This document shows, piece after piece, positions 43,072 through 52,718 of a stretch of DNA of 64,000 nt. Source of the DNA: an uncultured Planctomycetota bacterium. Lineage in GTDB: Bacteria; Planctomycetota; Planctomycetia; Gemmatales; Gemmataceae. The number at the start of each line of letters is the position of its first letter. The stretch's first letter is position 1. The notes under the pieces are model-generated. The model was not told the DNA's origin and did no database searches. It saw only the letters and a program-made list of their open reading frames with translations. The stretch is taken from positions 288,001 through 352,000 of the forward strand of contig CAWKHF010000009.1 of NCBI GenBank assembly GCA_963849325.1, given 5' to 3'. A program made the position numbers and the translations under genes.

Positions 43072-44172
43072 ATGGCGGCCACGGCTCGAAGACTGCTGCT
43101 CGTCACGCTGCTGGGCGCGGCGATGCTGCTGCCGAATCGGCCGGCCTCCGCTCAAGATTCGCCGCCCCCCGGTTCGGACGTGGTGCTGCCGCCGCCGCGG
43201 AGTGCGGGGCCGCCCCCGGCACCGGCCCCGCCGCCTCCGGCGGGACCGTCCACGGCGCTGCCCAATCCCAGCCCTTTCCCCCCGGCCCCTTCGCCGGCGT
43301 CCGCCGACCCGATTTTCGGCCCACGCGATCCCGGCGCCAACGGCTGGGGACCATACGGCGGTCCTTCCATCCTGCCGGCGCTCTTCGCCGACGTCGAGTT
43401 GGACATCCTCAAGCCGCACCTCAAGGCGGCACTGTCCAACGCCGTGACGTTCGCCGACGGCAGCCAAACAACGGTTCGACCGCCGACGACGCAGGTGGGC
43501 TGGACGGCCGCCCCGCGCTTCGAGGTCGGGTGGTTTCTGCCCAATAGTCTCGGCTTTTTCGCCTTGAATTATCGCGGCTTCGCCACCGACGGCCGGCAGG
43601 ACGCGACCAGTCTTGAAGGAATACCGTTCGCGCTACGCACGCGCCTGGATGTCAACCAGGTCGCTTTCGATTACGGTGTGGCGCCGTTCTCGTTCGCCCC
43701 CCACTGGGACGTCGCCTCGCGCATCGGCGTCACGCTGGCCGACGTGTTCTTCGACAACCAGGCCATCAGCGCCCCGCAGACGCTCTACGCCAGCAACAAT
43801 TACTACGGGGCCGGGCCGCACCTCCGCCTGGACCTTCGCCGCCACATCGGCCTGCTACCCGGCCTGGACCTCTACGGGCGGGCCGACCTCTCCGTCCTGG
43901 TCGGCCAGATTCACCAGCGCTTCCGCGAGAGCGACACTAACCTCGACGGCAGCACGGCCGAAGGAGAGTTCGTGCAGCGGAAAACGCAAACGGTGCCGGT
44001 GTTCACGACGCAGGCCGGACTGTCGTACATTCCGCCGAGCCTCAGCAACTGGCGTTTCACGCTCGGTTACGAGTTCGAGGAGTGGTGGTTCGTCGGCCAG
44101 GTCGATCAACTCGACTCGCGCGGCCAGTTCAACACCAACGGCGTATTCCTCCGCGCCATGGTGCGCTTCTGA
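43072..44172 (+). CDS. Outer-membrane beta-barrel protein (Lpg1974/BBP7-like)
   Basis: Signal peptide, Pro-rich linker, amphipathic strands, C-terminal Phe. Confidence 0.75.
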   Translation: MAATARRLLLVTLLGAAMLLPNRPASAQDSPPPGSDVVLPPPRSAGPPPAPAPPPPAGPSTALPNPSPFPPAPSPASADPIFGPRDPGANGWGPYGGPSILPALFADVELDILKPHLKAALSNAVTFADGSQTTVRPPTTQVGWTAAPRFEVGWFLPNSLGFFALNYRGFATDGRQDATSLEGIPFALRTRLDVNQVAFDYGVAPFSFAPHWDVASRIGVTLADVFFDNQAISAPQTLYASNNYYGAGPHLRLDLRRHIGLLPGLDLYGRADLSVLVGQIHQRFRESDTNLDGSTAEGEFVQRKTQTVPVFTTQAGLSYIPPSLSNWRFTLGYEFEEWWFVGQVDQLDSRGQFNTNGVFLRAMVRF

Positions 44173-44176
44173 TTGG

Positions 44177-44241
44177 GGCGAACGGCCGGCGTCAGCCGGT
44201 TGGTTGAGTCCGTACCAGCCGGCTGACGCCGGCCGTTCGCC
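44177..44241. repeat. REP-like palindrome (GAACGGCCGGCGTCAGCCGG...CCGGCTGACGCCGGCCGTTC)
   Basis: Near-perfect inverted repeat after the stop codon. Confidence 0.85.
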
Positions 44242-44347
44242 ATTACCCGATCTTGCCCCCTCTGCCTCCTCTATGTTAAACCTACGCCACGGCCCGCTCT
44301 CCGTAGGAGCCGGCCATGCTCTCTTCACCAGATCACGGTGACGCACC

Positions 44348-45343
44348 ATGATGATCCGCCGCATGGGACAAACCGGGCTGAAGGTCTCGGCCATCTGCCT
44401 GGGCACGATGACGTTCGGCCAGCAGTGCGACGAGCGAACCTCGTTCGCCATCCTCGACAGGGCCGCCGACGGCGGCGTCAATTTCCTCGATTGCGCCGAC
44501 GTCTACCCGGTGCCGCCGAGCGTGGAGACGGCCGGACGCAGTGAGGAAATCCTTGGCCGCTGGCTGGAGGGCAAGCGCGATCGGTTCGTGCTGGCGACCA
44601 AGTGCCGCATGCGCGTCGGCAACAGTCCCAACGATGAGGGGCTGTCTCGACGGCACATTCTGCGGGCGGCCGAGGATAGCCTGCGACGGCTGCGCACCGA
44701 TTACCTCGACCTGTATCAGACGCATTCGCCGGACCCGGAGACGCCCCCTGAGGAGACGTTGCGGGCGCTGGACGACCTGGTGCGTCAAGGCAAGGTGCGC
44801 TACCTGGGCTGCTCCAACTATCCGGCCTGGCAGGTGGCCCTGAACCTCGGACTGTCGGCCCGGCTCAACCTGGCGCGGTTCGACTGCGTGCAGCCGCGCT
44901 ACAACCTGCTGTATCGACCGATCGAGGACGAACTGCTGCCGCTGTGCCGCCATCAGGGCGTCGGCGTCATCGCCTACAATCCGCTGGCCGGCGGGTTCCT
45001 CAGCGGCAAGTATCGCAACTTGGAAGAGCTGCCGGCGGGCACGCGCTTCACCCTCGGCAAGACCGGCGAGCTGTACCGCGAACGCTACTGGCACCAGGCG
45101 CAATTGCGGGCCGTGGAAGAGCTGCGCCGGCACTTCGAGCCGCGCGGGAAGTCCCTGGTGACGGCCGCCATCGCCTGGGTGATGAGTCAACCCGGCATCA
45201 CCGCCGCCATCGTCGGCGCGACGCGGCCCGAACAGCTCGACGCCAGCCTCGCCGCGACGGAGTTCATCCTCGACGAGGAGGACCGCGAGGTGTGCAACCT
45301 GGCCTGGTACAGTCTGCCACGGCCGGCACCAGCCGCCAAGTAG
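44348..45343 (+). CDS. Aldo/keto reductase
   Basis: LGTMTFG, DCADVY, LATK, SLRRLRTDYLDLYQTH, GKVRYLGCSN, YNPLAGG. Confidence 0.95.
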   Translation: MMIRRMGQTGLKVSAICLGTMTFGQQCDERTSFAILDRAADGGVNFLDCADVYPVPPSVETAGRSEEILGRWLEGKRDRFVLATKCRMRVGNSPNDEGLSRRHILRAAEDSLRRLRTDYLDLYQTHSPDPETPPEETLRALDDLVRQGKVRYLGCSNYPAWQVALNLGLSARLNLARFDCVQPRYNLLYRPIEDELLPLCRHQGVGVIAYNPLAGGFLSGKYRNLEELPAGTRFTLGKTGELYRERYWHQAQLRAVEELRRHFEPRGKSLVTAAIAWVMSQPGITAAIVGATRPEQLDASLAATEFILDEEDREVCNLAWYSLPRPAPAAK

Positions 45344-45410
45344 CCGCCCGACAGCATGGACGCTGTTGCGACCAGGCTTCCTACGACAAACAAGAGAGAC
45401 GAGTGCAAGG

Positions 45411-47263
45411 ATGCATCAAACTCTCCCGATCGTGATAGGTCCGTATCGGATACTGGAGCCGCTCGGCGCGGCGGCATGGGGCACGTTTACAAGGCCGAGC
45501 ACCGGCTGATGAAGCGCGTGGTCGCGTTGAAGATTGCCAGTCGAGTGCGGCACGGAGCGCGTGGCTCGGCCGTGCGGAAGCGTTTTCGCCGCGAGGTGGA
45601 AGCGGCCGGCCGGCTCCATCATCCCGGCATCGTCTCGGCCTACGATGCCGGCGAAGTGCGCGGCCGGCTCTACCTGGCGATGGAGTACGTCGAGGGGATC
45701 GACCTCGAACGACTGGTGGAAGAGAGCGGGCCGCTTTCGGTTGATCTCGCGTGCGAAATCGTGCGGCAGACGGCGGAGGCGCTGCATCATGCGCACGAGC
45801 GCGGCCTGCTTCACCGCGACATCAAACCCTCCAATCTCATGCTCGCCGCACCGGGCGTCACCGTGAAACTGCTCGATCTCGGACTGGCCCGGCTGGCGCA
45901 TCCCTCTTTCCCAGAAGAGGAGGAGGCGGCAGACGATCCGCTGTGCGGCACGCCGGATTTCATGGCCCCCGAATGGGGCCGCGACGTACAGCCGGCGGAC
46001 GTGCGCGGCGATCTGTACAGTCTGGGTTGCACCTTCTATTTCCTGCTCACCGGCCAGGTGCCTTATCCCGGCGGCAGCGGTACGGAAAAACTATTGCGTC
46101 ACAGCCTCGACGCGCCAGCGCCATTGCGGCAGGTGCGGCCGGAGACGCCGCCGGCTGTCGTCGAGGTCGTCGAGCGTTTGATGGCCCGCGATCTGGAGGA
46201 TCGCTATCCGACGGCGGCCGCGGTCGCCGCTGCCATCGCAGCCATCCACGACCCCAAATCGGATCGAGACGGCATTGCCGGCGCGGTGCAGCCGACGAAT
46301 GCAGCTCGACGCATGGTCTCGTCTCGATTCGCCATTGCGGCGCTTGTTGCCGTCTTGCTCGGGGTAGGGGCGGCCGCCGGGGCGCGACGGGTGGTCGAGA
46401 AACCTGTCGCGGCAACAGCGCAAGCGAGGACGTTCGCGCCGTCGTTTCGGATCGAAGGTCGAGAGGAAGGGTTTCCTTCGCTGGCGCAGGCGATTGCCGC
46501 CGCACGCGATGGCGATGTAGTGAGCGTGCATGGCTCCGGCCCGTTCGTCACGGCATCGCTCAATTGTCGGGGCAAAGCCTTGACGGTGCGAGCGGCGCAG
46601 GGAGTGCGGCCGCGGCTGGAGCGGAAACCGACCGGCGATCCCTCGCGCGCGCTCTTCCACACGGATCGGGCCTTGACCCTGGAAGGACTGGACCTGGTCG
46701 TCGCCGACAACGCGCCGATGATCTGCTGCGAAGGAGCGCCTTTGCACCTGACGGACTGCCGGTTGACGACCGGCGCCGATGGCGTGGCCGTCATCGCCCG
46801 AGCCGCCTCCGAGGTGGTCGTGTGCGGTTGCCGCATCGATGCCGGGGCCGTCGGGCTTTCCGTGGAGGCCGGCCAGGGTTCGATGTGCCGCGTTCACGTG
46901 CGCGAGAGCCGGATCACCATCCGAGCGAAGATGGGGGTGGCCCTGTCGTTGTGGGCGTCAGAGGTGCCGCAGCCGACGCCGGTTGAGCTGGAGTTGGAAG
47001 GCAATACCATTCAGGCGGGGCGGACAGCGGCCCTGCGTGCCTTGCCGGCGGGCCTGGCGATCCGGGCTCGCGGCAACCGTTTCACGTTCCACACGGCCCT
47101 GCTCAGCTATACGGGATACGCGGACCCGGACGCCTGGCGGCGGAACACGGCCTGGGCCGGCGGCGACAACGCCTATGAGGGACCGCCATCCTGGTTGTGG
47201 GTCGAGGGACAGCCGGTGCCCCTCGCCACGGTGCCGATGTCCGTCCCCACGAGCCCGGGATGA
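45411..47263 (+). CDS. Hanks-type Ser/Thr protein kinase with TM helix and extracytoplasmic beta-helix-like domain (frameshift near 45465)
   Basis: YRILEPLG/GGMGHVY, VALK, HRDIKPSN, DLG, GTPDFMAPE, DLYSLG. Confidence 0.92.
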
Positions 47264-47437
47264 CAAACCTCCGGATAATAGGAAAGGTGCAGTAAGGTGC
47301 ACCGATCCCGTTATTCGGAGGAATGAGCGGGGCAAACCTTGCCATACCGGATTATTTACCGGCCTCGGATGGTGACGGCTTCGTGCGTTGTCTTGTCGCC
47401 GTAAGCCGCGGGATGGACGGGCTTTTCGCTCGTTTCG
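47255..47437 (-). ncRNA. Conserved structured RNA domain 3' of aptamer A
   Basis: About 110 nt align closely with 48426-48535; covarying hairpin CGGCTT/AAGCCG; terminal CCTCCG...CGGAGG stem. Confidence 0.6.
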
Positions 47438-47529
47438 TCCCTTCGGCAGAGCAGCCCTCTGGCCGAAATGCTCGACCAGAGCTGTCTCTTTGCGTCACCG
47501 CCTCACGACGGTTTTGCCTTTTCGAGGAT
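47438..47529 (-). promoter_or_regulatory. Cyclic di-GMP-I (GEMM-I) riboswitch aptamer A
   Basis: AAGGCAAA-ACCGTC-GTGA-GGCGGT-GACGCAAA-GAG...CTC-TGCCGA; GNRA-capped P2 and paired P3. Confidence 0.8.
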
Positions 47530-47669
47530 AATCGTCAGTCAATCGCCGTAAATGCCTTAACCGCCTAGAGGCAAGGCGTTTGCAGTTTACCAAGCATCAC
47601 ACAGAAGGCACGCTTTCCCACGGTCTTGTACAGCATGCCGTGCCCATTCCGTGCCCTCCTGGTGGCCTC

Positions 47670-48185
47670 TCAGGACACGGACTTCCAAGTGTGGCGATGG
47701 ACGACCGCGAAGACCGTTCCGATGGCGATGCCGTACTTTTTTGCCAAGGCGGGCATACTCATTCTCCCAGCGACTTTTCTGATTTGCCTTACCGTGGCTT
47801 CGTTTAGTCTCGATGACCAGTGTTTCTCGCCTGCTTTTGCGTAGGGCATCGACCAATAATGCCGCATGTTCCCAGATCGGTCAGTGTATTCAAGGTTCTT
47901 CACCCCGTTGTGCGAACGCACGCCGTCTTTGTGGTTGACGTGAACGTCTGGATCGACGGGACCGAGAAAAGCGGCGGCTACCAGGCGGTGAACCTTCCGG
48001 TTGATCGGCTTCCCGTGGCGGGAGAGGCGCACGATCCGGTAGCCGTGGCCGTTGTCCCGGGGGGTGAGGATGCGAGGGAGCTTATCGGGATTAGACGGCA
48101 AGCGACGGACTCTTCCGAGATTGCTTACTTCGTAAATCCCCTCGAATTCAGCGACGGGCTTCCATTGCTCCACGGAATCGTCCAT
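47670..48185 (-). CDS. NUMOD4-HNH (I-HmuI-like) homing endonuclease with C-terminal HTH
   Basis: EQWKPVAEFEGIYEVSNLGRVR; VHRLVAAAF...VNHKDG..SHN..KNLE; AAGGAGG SD. Confidence 0.92.
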   Translation of the reverse strand: MDDSVEQWKPVAEFEGIYEVSNLGRVRRLPSNPDKLPRILTPRDNGHGYRIVRLSRHGKPINRKVHRLVAAAFLGPVDPDVHVNHKDGVRSHNGVKNLEYTDRSGNMRHYWSMPYAKAGEKHWSSRLNEATVRQIRKVAGRMSMPALAKKYGIAIGTVFAVVHRHTWKSVS

Positions 48186-48366
48186 GAGGCTTCCTCCTTG
48201 CAAGTAGGAGAAAGCCTAGAAGAATGTCCCTTTACGGCAAGTGGAGCGGCGCAGAATCTTTTGGAGCTTGGTCTTGGATTCTTTCAGCGTTTTAACAAGG
48301 CGTTTCTGCTTACGTCGATGGTGGTGAAATAGCAGCTCTTGGATTTACGCCAGCAGATGTCGGATG

Positions 48367-48550
48367 TGCGAGGTATGGTTTCCTCCGGGGGAGAGGGCCG
48401 GGAAGGTATACCGTACCCTACATCATTATACGGAGGAAAGAGCAGAGCAAACCTCGCCATACCGGATTTTTTCCGGCCCCGGATCGAAGCGACTTCGTGC
48501 GTCATCCTGTCGCCGTAAGTCGAGGATGGACGGGCACTTCGCCACGATCC
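48367..48550 (-). ncRNA. Conserved structured RNA domain 3' of aptamer B
   Basis: Homolog of 47255-47437; CGACTT/AAGTCG hairpin, GGTATGG/CCATACC and TTTCCTCCG/CGGAGGAAA stems. Confidence 0.6.
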
Positions 48551-48642
48551 ACCCTTTCGGTAGCTCGGCCGACACAGGGATGATTCCCCAAGTCCCGGAG
48601 CTTTGCGTCCCACGGTTTCCCGTGGTTTGCCTTTTCGAGGAT
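48551..48642 (-). promoter_or_regulatory. Cyclic di-GMP-I (GEMM-I) riboswitch aptamer B
   Basis: AAGGCAAA-CCACGG-GAAA-CCGTGG-GACGCAAA-GCTCCGG...CCGAGC-TACCGA, close to the Vc2 consensus; G at the G20-equivalent position. Confidence 0.9.
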
Positions 48643-48782
48643 GAAAGGCGTTGCGATCCGAGCGCGACAGCGAGGTTCGCCCCCGAAAGCTGCCACCAAA
48701 GCTGGCCGCTTCGTTTGCTGCACAACTGTAGTACGCGATCGCAAGGCAAGCAAACCGCGTCTCCGCTTTCCCCTGTCGGTAT

Positions 48783-49806
48783 TCAAGCCGCCGACGCATC
48801 GCGCCCGGGACGGCCGACGTAGGCGTTTCGCGCCGCGCCCTCTCGCCCCATCGGCACCGCCGCCAGGTCCGGCGAGGATTCCTTGAGCAGATACAGCGGC
48901 CGAACCTTGACCTGCTCGTAAATCCGACCGACGTATTCGCCGACGATGCCGAGACAGCCGAGGATGGCGCCTCCCATCAGGAACAGGGCGGCCAGCACGA
49001 GCGAATCTCCTCCGATGCTTGCGCCGAACAGCGCCCGCATCAGCAGGACCATGCCGTGTCCGGCACCGAGCAGCGCGAACAGCCCTCCCAGCACAAACGA
49101 AAGCCGCAGCGGCAGCTTGGAGAACGAAAGCATGGCATCGACGGCCAGGGCCAGCATGCGGCGCAGCGTGTACTTGGTGACACCGGCGCCTCGGCTGGCG
49201 GGGTGAAACGCCACCGTCGTCGTGCGAAAGCCCAGCCAGTTGACCATGCCGCGTAGAAACCGGTGCTTCTCGTGCAGCCGCAGCAGGCTGTCGATGGCCT
49301 TGCGCGACAGCAGCCGATAGTCCGACGCCGCCGAGCTGACCGGCGTGTCGCTCAACCAGCGCATCACCATGTTGAAGGCGCGCGACGACAGGCGCTTGAA
49401 GGGGCTGAGGCGCGGATCGTCCTCGCGGAAAGTCAGCACGATGTCGTGTCCCCGGCGCCACTGTTCCAGCAGAGCGGGGATGAGATTGGGCGGATGCTGC
49501 AAGTCGCTGTCGAGGGTGATGACCACGTCGCCGCGCGGCGTGTTCCATGCCGGCCGTCAGGGCCGCCTGCTGGCCGAAATTGCGGCTGAAGGACAGGTAG
49601 CGAATACGCGGGTCGGCGGCGGCCAGGCGGCGCACGAAATCGAGGGTGCCGTCGCGGGAGCCGTCATCGACGTACAGGATCTCGATGTCATACTCGGCTT
49701 CGAGGGGGGCCAGGGCGGCGCACAGTTCCTGGTGGAAGTGGGGCAGCACTTCCTCCTCCTCGAAGGCGGGGCAGACGATGCTCAGCTTGCAAACAGGCGC
49801 GGCCAT
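48783..49806 (-). CDS. GT2 polyprenol-phosphate glycosyltransferase (GtrB-like; frameshift near 49535)
   Basis: VDDGSRDGT, SRNFGQQAAL, LDSDLQHPP, two C-terminal TM helices, GEYVGRIYEQVK.RPLY. Confidence 0.92.
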
Positions 49807-49835
49807 TTCCTTCTCCGTTCTAAGCCGGCTCCCCT

Positions 49836-51121
49836 TCATGCGGCGTGGGCCGAGACGCCGGGCGCATCCACCGACGCCCCGGACTTCGCCGCCAGCGCCC
49901 GCACGAGGACCATCCCATAGGCGGCGGTCAGGCACAGGGCGGCCAACGGGTGCAGTCCCAGGGCGTGGACGCGGTTGGCCTGTGGCGCAGGCCGGCCAGC
50001 ACGCACAGCATCAGCAGCACAAAAGCCGTCCCGGCGAGCATCCGTGCCGGGCGCGGCCAGCCGTCGCAGCGGCCACTGAGGACGGCCCAGGCCAGGGCCG
50101 GGGCCAACAGGACGTAGGTACACGCCTCGGTCGCCGGGCCGCATAACGTCATCCAGCACGTTCCCAGCGCCAGGATAGTCCCCAGCACCTCGCCACGCGG
50201 CCGGCCACGCAGCCGAGCGGCTACGCACAGCACGGCGCATCCGGCGGCACTAAGCAGTTGGACGCCGACGTAACCGAGCGGCGTCAGCGGCAGGTGCCAC
50301 ACGCGGATGAGCAGCCACAGATCGCGGTAGGCCATGTGCGGCGGCCAGTGCCAGCGCTGGTCTTGGCCCAGCCGTTGCAGCCAAAGGGCGTACTGGCCGC
50401 AGACGTAATCGCTGTGTTGGCAGAGGAACGGCAGCGCGAACGTCAGCGCCAGGACGAGCACCAGCCGCGGCGTGCAGCGCCGCGGATACGAGGCCGCCAG
50501 CAGCAGACCAACCGCCAGCGGATAAACCTTCAAGGCGGTGGCCAGGGCGATGAACGCGGCCGCCGACGTCCAGCGCTTGCGCTCGGCCGCGGCCAGCGCG
50601 GCCAGCAGCAGACCGATAACCAGCGGATTGGGTTGGCCGTTATTCAAGCTGCTCAGCGATAGTGGCACCAGGAGTAGGAACAGGATGCCCTTCTCACGCG
50701 GCGTCCGCGCAGCTGGGGCCGTGCGCAGCCACCAGGCGAAACCGCTCAGCAGCGCACCGGCGTTGAGCAGACGCCACACGACACCGCCCAGGCGCACCGG
50801 CAGATGACTGAAGGGCACCAGCAGCACGGCCGTCGTCGGACTGTAGCGGAATTGGTCCTGGTCCGCCTCCCAGGAAGTGCGGTACAGGTCTCGTCCAGTC
50901 TCCCAGTCGGCGCCGGCCTGCGCCCAGGTTGTATACAGGGTGCGCTTGTAGGGCTGGACGGCGGCACGGACGCAGACGGCTCCGACGACGACAATCCAGA
51001 CGAGGATTGCCGCTCGCACCCACGGCTCTCCGCCGCCAGTAGGTCCGGCGAGCCGAGCCGGACAACGAGTGCCGCTCGGCTCGCGGCACCTCCCTGGCCC
51101 TCGTAGCGCTTCAGGCAGCAT
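49836..51121 (-). CDS. GT87/DUF2029 GT-C membrane glycosyltransferase (C-terminal frameshift near 49985)
   Basis: DLY...FRYSP, NNGQPN, KVYP, many TM helices. Confidence 0.85.
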
Positions 51122-52020
51122 GGGCGAACCTCCCCCGTCGTCGGGCGCTCAACTCCGAGGGGGCCACCCGCGTGAAGCCGGCCCGCCGGCAGGCGTCGAG
51201 GAACTCGGGCTGCGCAGCAGGCGCAGCTCATCCACGCGCCGCTGGGCCAGGCCGTCGTGCCGCGTGCAGTCCCGGCCGAACAGCGTCGTATCGAAATGGC
51301 CGGGATGGCAGGCCAGCTCCACGTCCCGGCCCGGCACCTGCGTCAGCCAGCGCGTGAAAAAGTCCGGGTCGCGCACCCAGCGCGGATCGGTGATGCCGGC
51401 CAGCCAATCGTTGCCGGGGAAGCCGTCCGCGTCCAGGTGACGCGCCTCGACCCGCCCCAGCAGGGTCAACAATGTCCGCTTCTTCCGCGCCTCCCGCGAT
51501 GCGCCGCAGCATCGACCACGGCTCCTGGACACGGCGCACATAGGGCGGCGGGACGCAGCGGTCTTTCAGTACCTCGGCGCAGAATGGCCCCGACCGGCGG
51601 AAACAGCGAAGTGTGCTGGTGTGAGTTGACGACCGCCGGAGGGTGGCCGACCAGGTCCAGGAAGCGGTCGTATTGCGTGCGCAGCTCGGTCTCGATCTGT
51701 TTGGGACAAATCTGGTGCAAATAGAGGCGGGCGAGGAAGTGACGCAGCGGCAGCATCCGGCCGTCAGGACCGACCAGGCTCGGCACGCGCGCAACCGGAG
51801 CGGCGGGCGGGTCGAGAGTCAAACACGGATGCCAGCCCATCTCCGGGCGCACGCCGCACTGCCGCCAGGCGCGAACCGCATCCTCGGCATGGGGCGAATT
51901 GACGAGCAGGACGGTCCCGGTGACGACGCCGCGGGCGGCCAATTCGAGGATGGCGCGGGAGGTCTCCGGGCCGATGCCGTAGTCGTCGGCGATGACAACG
52001 AGAAAGCGGGTCGCATCCAT
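51111..52020 (-). CDS. ChbG/HpnK (YdjC) family deacetylase (several frameshifts)
   Basis: ADDYG, GWHPCLT, NSHQH, ELACHPG. Confidence 0.88.
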
Positions 52021-52055
52021 GCGCTGCTCTTCTCTCCTGATCTCCGGCACGGATT

Positions 52056-52161
52056 CGGGTTTAGGGCTTGGGGTTTCGGGTTTAGGGTGAAGAACCGGAA
52101 GGCGCGTCCGCCTCCTGAATCTTTTGCATCCCGAAACCTTCCTGCTCTAAACCCTAAGCCC
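52056..52161. repeat. Inverted heptamer repeat (GTTTAGG/GCTTGGG)n...(CTAAACC)n
   Basis: Read directly. Confidence 0.7.
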
Positions 52162-52546
52162 TTCCGTCCGCGCGGGCGATTTCAACGCATCCGCCCACGG
52201 AAGTAAAGGCCAACCGCCACGGAGGAACCCCGCCTCCGGCCTGTCGGGGTCGCACGCCGGCGCAGGCACTCTCCCGAGTTCGTCCACGGGGATAGCCAAT
52301 CGACGGCGTCCCGTCAATCCATACCGCCAACTTCGGCCCCCGCAGACCTGCGCTGAAGGAAAAGTTTTCCACACACCCTTTTGCCGGCGGGCATTCTTCT
52401 ACCCAAAGGTGGCGGCATTGCACATTCTTCCTGGTAAAACTTGCACAACCCCTCTGCGCCCGTTCTTCTCCCGCCGCCCGGACATATTTCGCAAACGATT
52501 CCATGGAAAAGGTTTCGGACTGATACCTCCTCGTTCCTGTCGATTC

Positions 52547-52562
52547 TGGCACGGCACTTGCT
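52547..52562 (+). promoter_or_regulatory. Sigma54 (-24/-12) promoter consensus match
   Basis: TGGCACGGCACTTGCT matches TGGCACG-N4-TTGCW exactly. Confidence 0.7.
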
Positions 52563-52652
52563 TTTCAACAACTTCGTGAACGAAAACTTGTCGGGCTGTT
52601 TCCCGCGGCCTGCTCCCACGCCTACGACCCATATCCCCCGAACCCTTCCCGC

Positions 52653-52690
52653 GAGCCGGTGACGCAAGTCACCGGCTTCTAGTCTTTTTA
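52653..52690 (+). terminator. GC-rich hairpin with GCAA tetraloop (terminator, possibly bidirectional)
   Basis: AGCCGGTGAC-GCAA-GTCACCGGCT followed by TCTAGTCTTTTT. Confidence 0.6.
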
Positions 52691-52718
52691 GAGGGCGTAT
52701 CCGTCGGAGCCGCGACCG

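Noticed and set aside
47103-48460. Small ORFs MARFAPLIPP (47103-47345) and MARFALLFPP (48284-48460) as the riboswitch-controlled genes
   Set aside because: Similarity is limited to the first ~13 codons inside the RNA stems, there is no clear SD, lengths differ and one runs antisense into the kinase. Not fully excluded without ribosome profiling.
47332-48460. TGGC(A/G)AGGTTTGC in both RNA repeats as sigma54 promoters
   Set aside because: The GG-to-GC spacing is 2 nt shorter than the strict -24/-12 requirement.
47255-48642. Group I intron or HEARO/OMEGA (IscB) element around the HNH gene
   Set aside because: No interrupted exon or recognisable P7 core found by eye, and the protein has no RuvC or PLMP motifs. 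An Infernal search would settle it.
52056-52161. Plant telomere-like TTTAGGG repeats suggesting eukaryotic contamination
   Set aside because: Only a few degenerate units arranged as an inverted pair, like the other short-repeat hairpins, within continuous bacterial genes.
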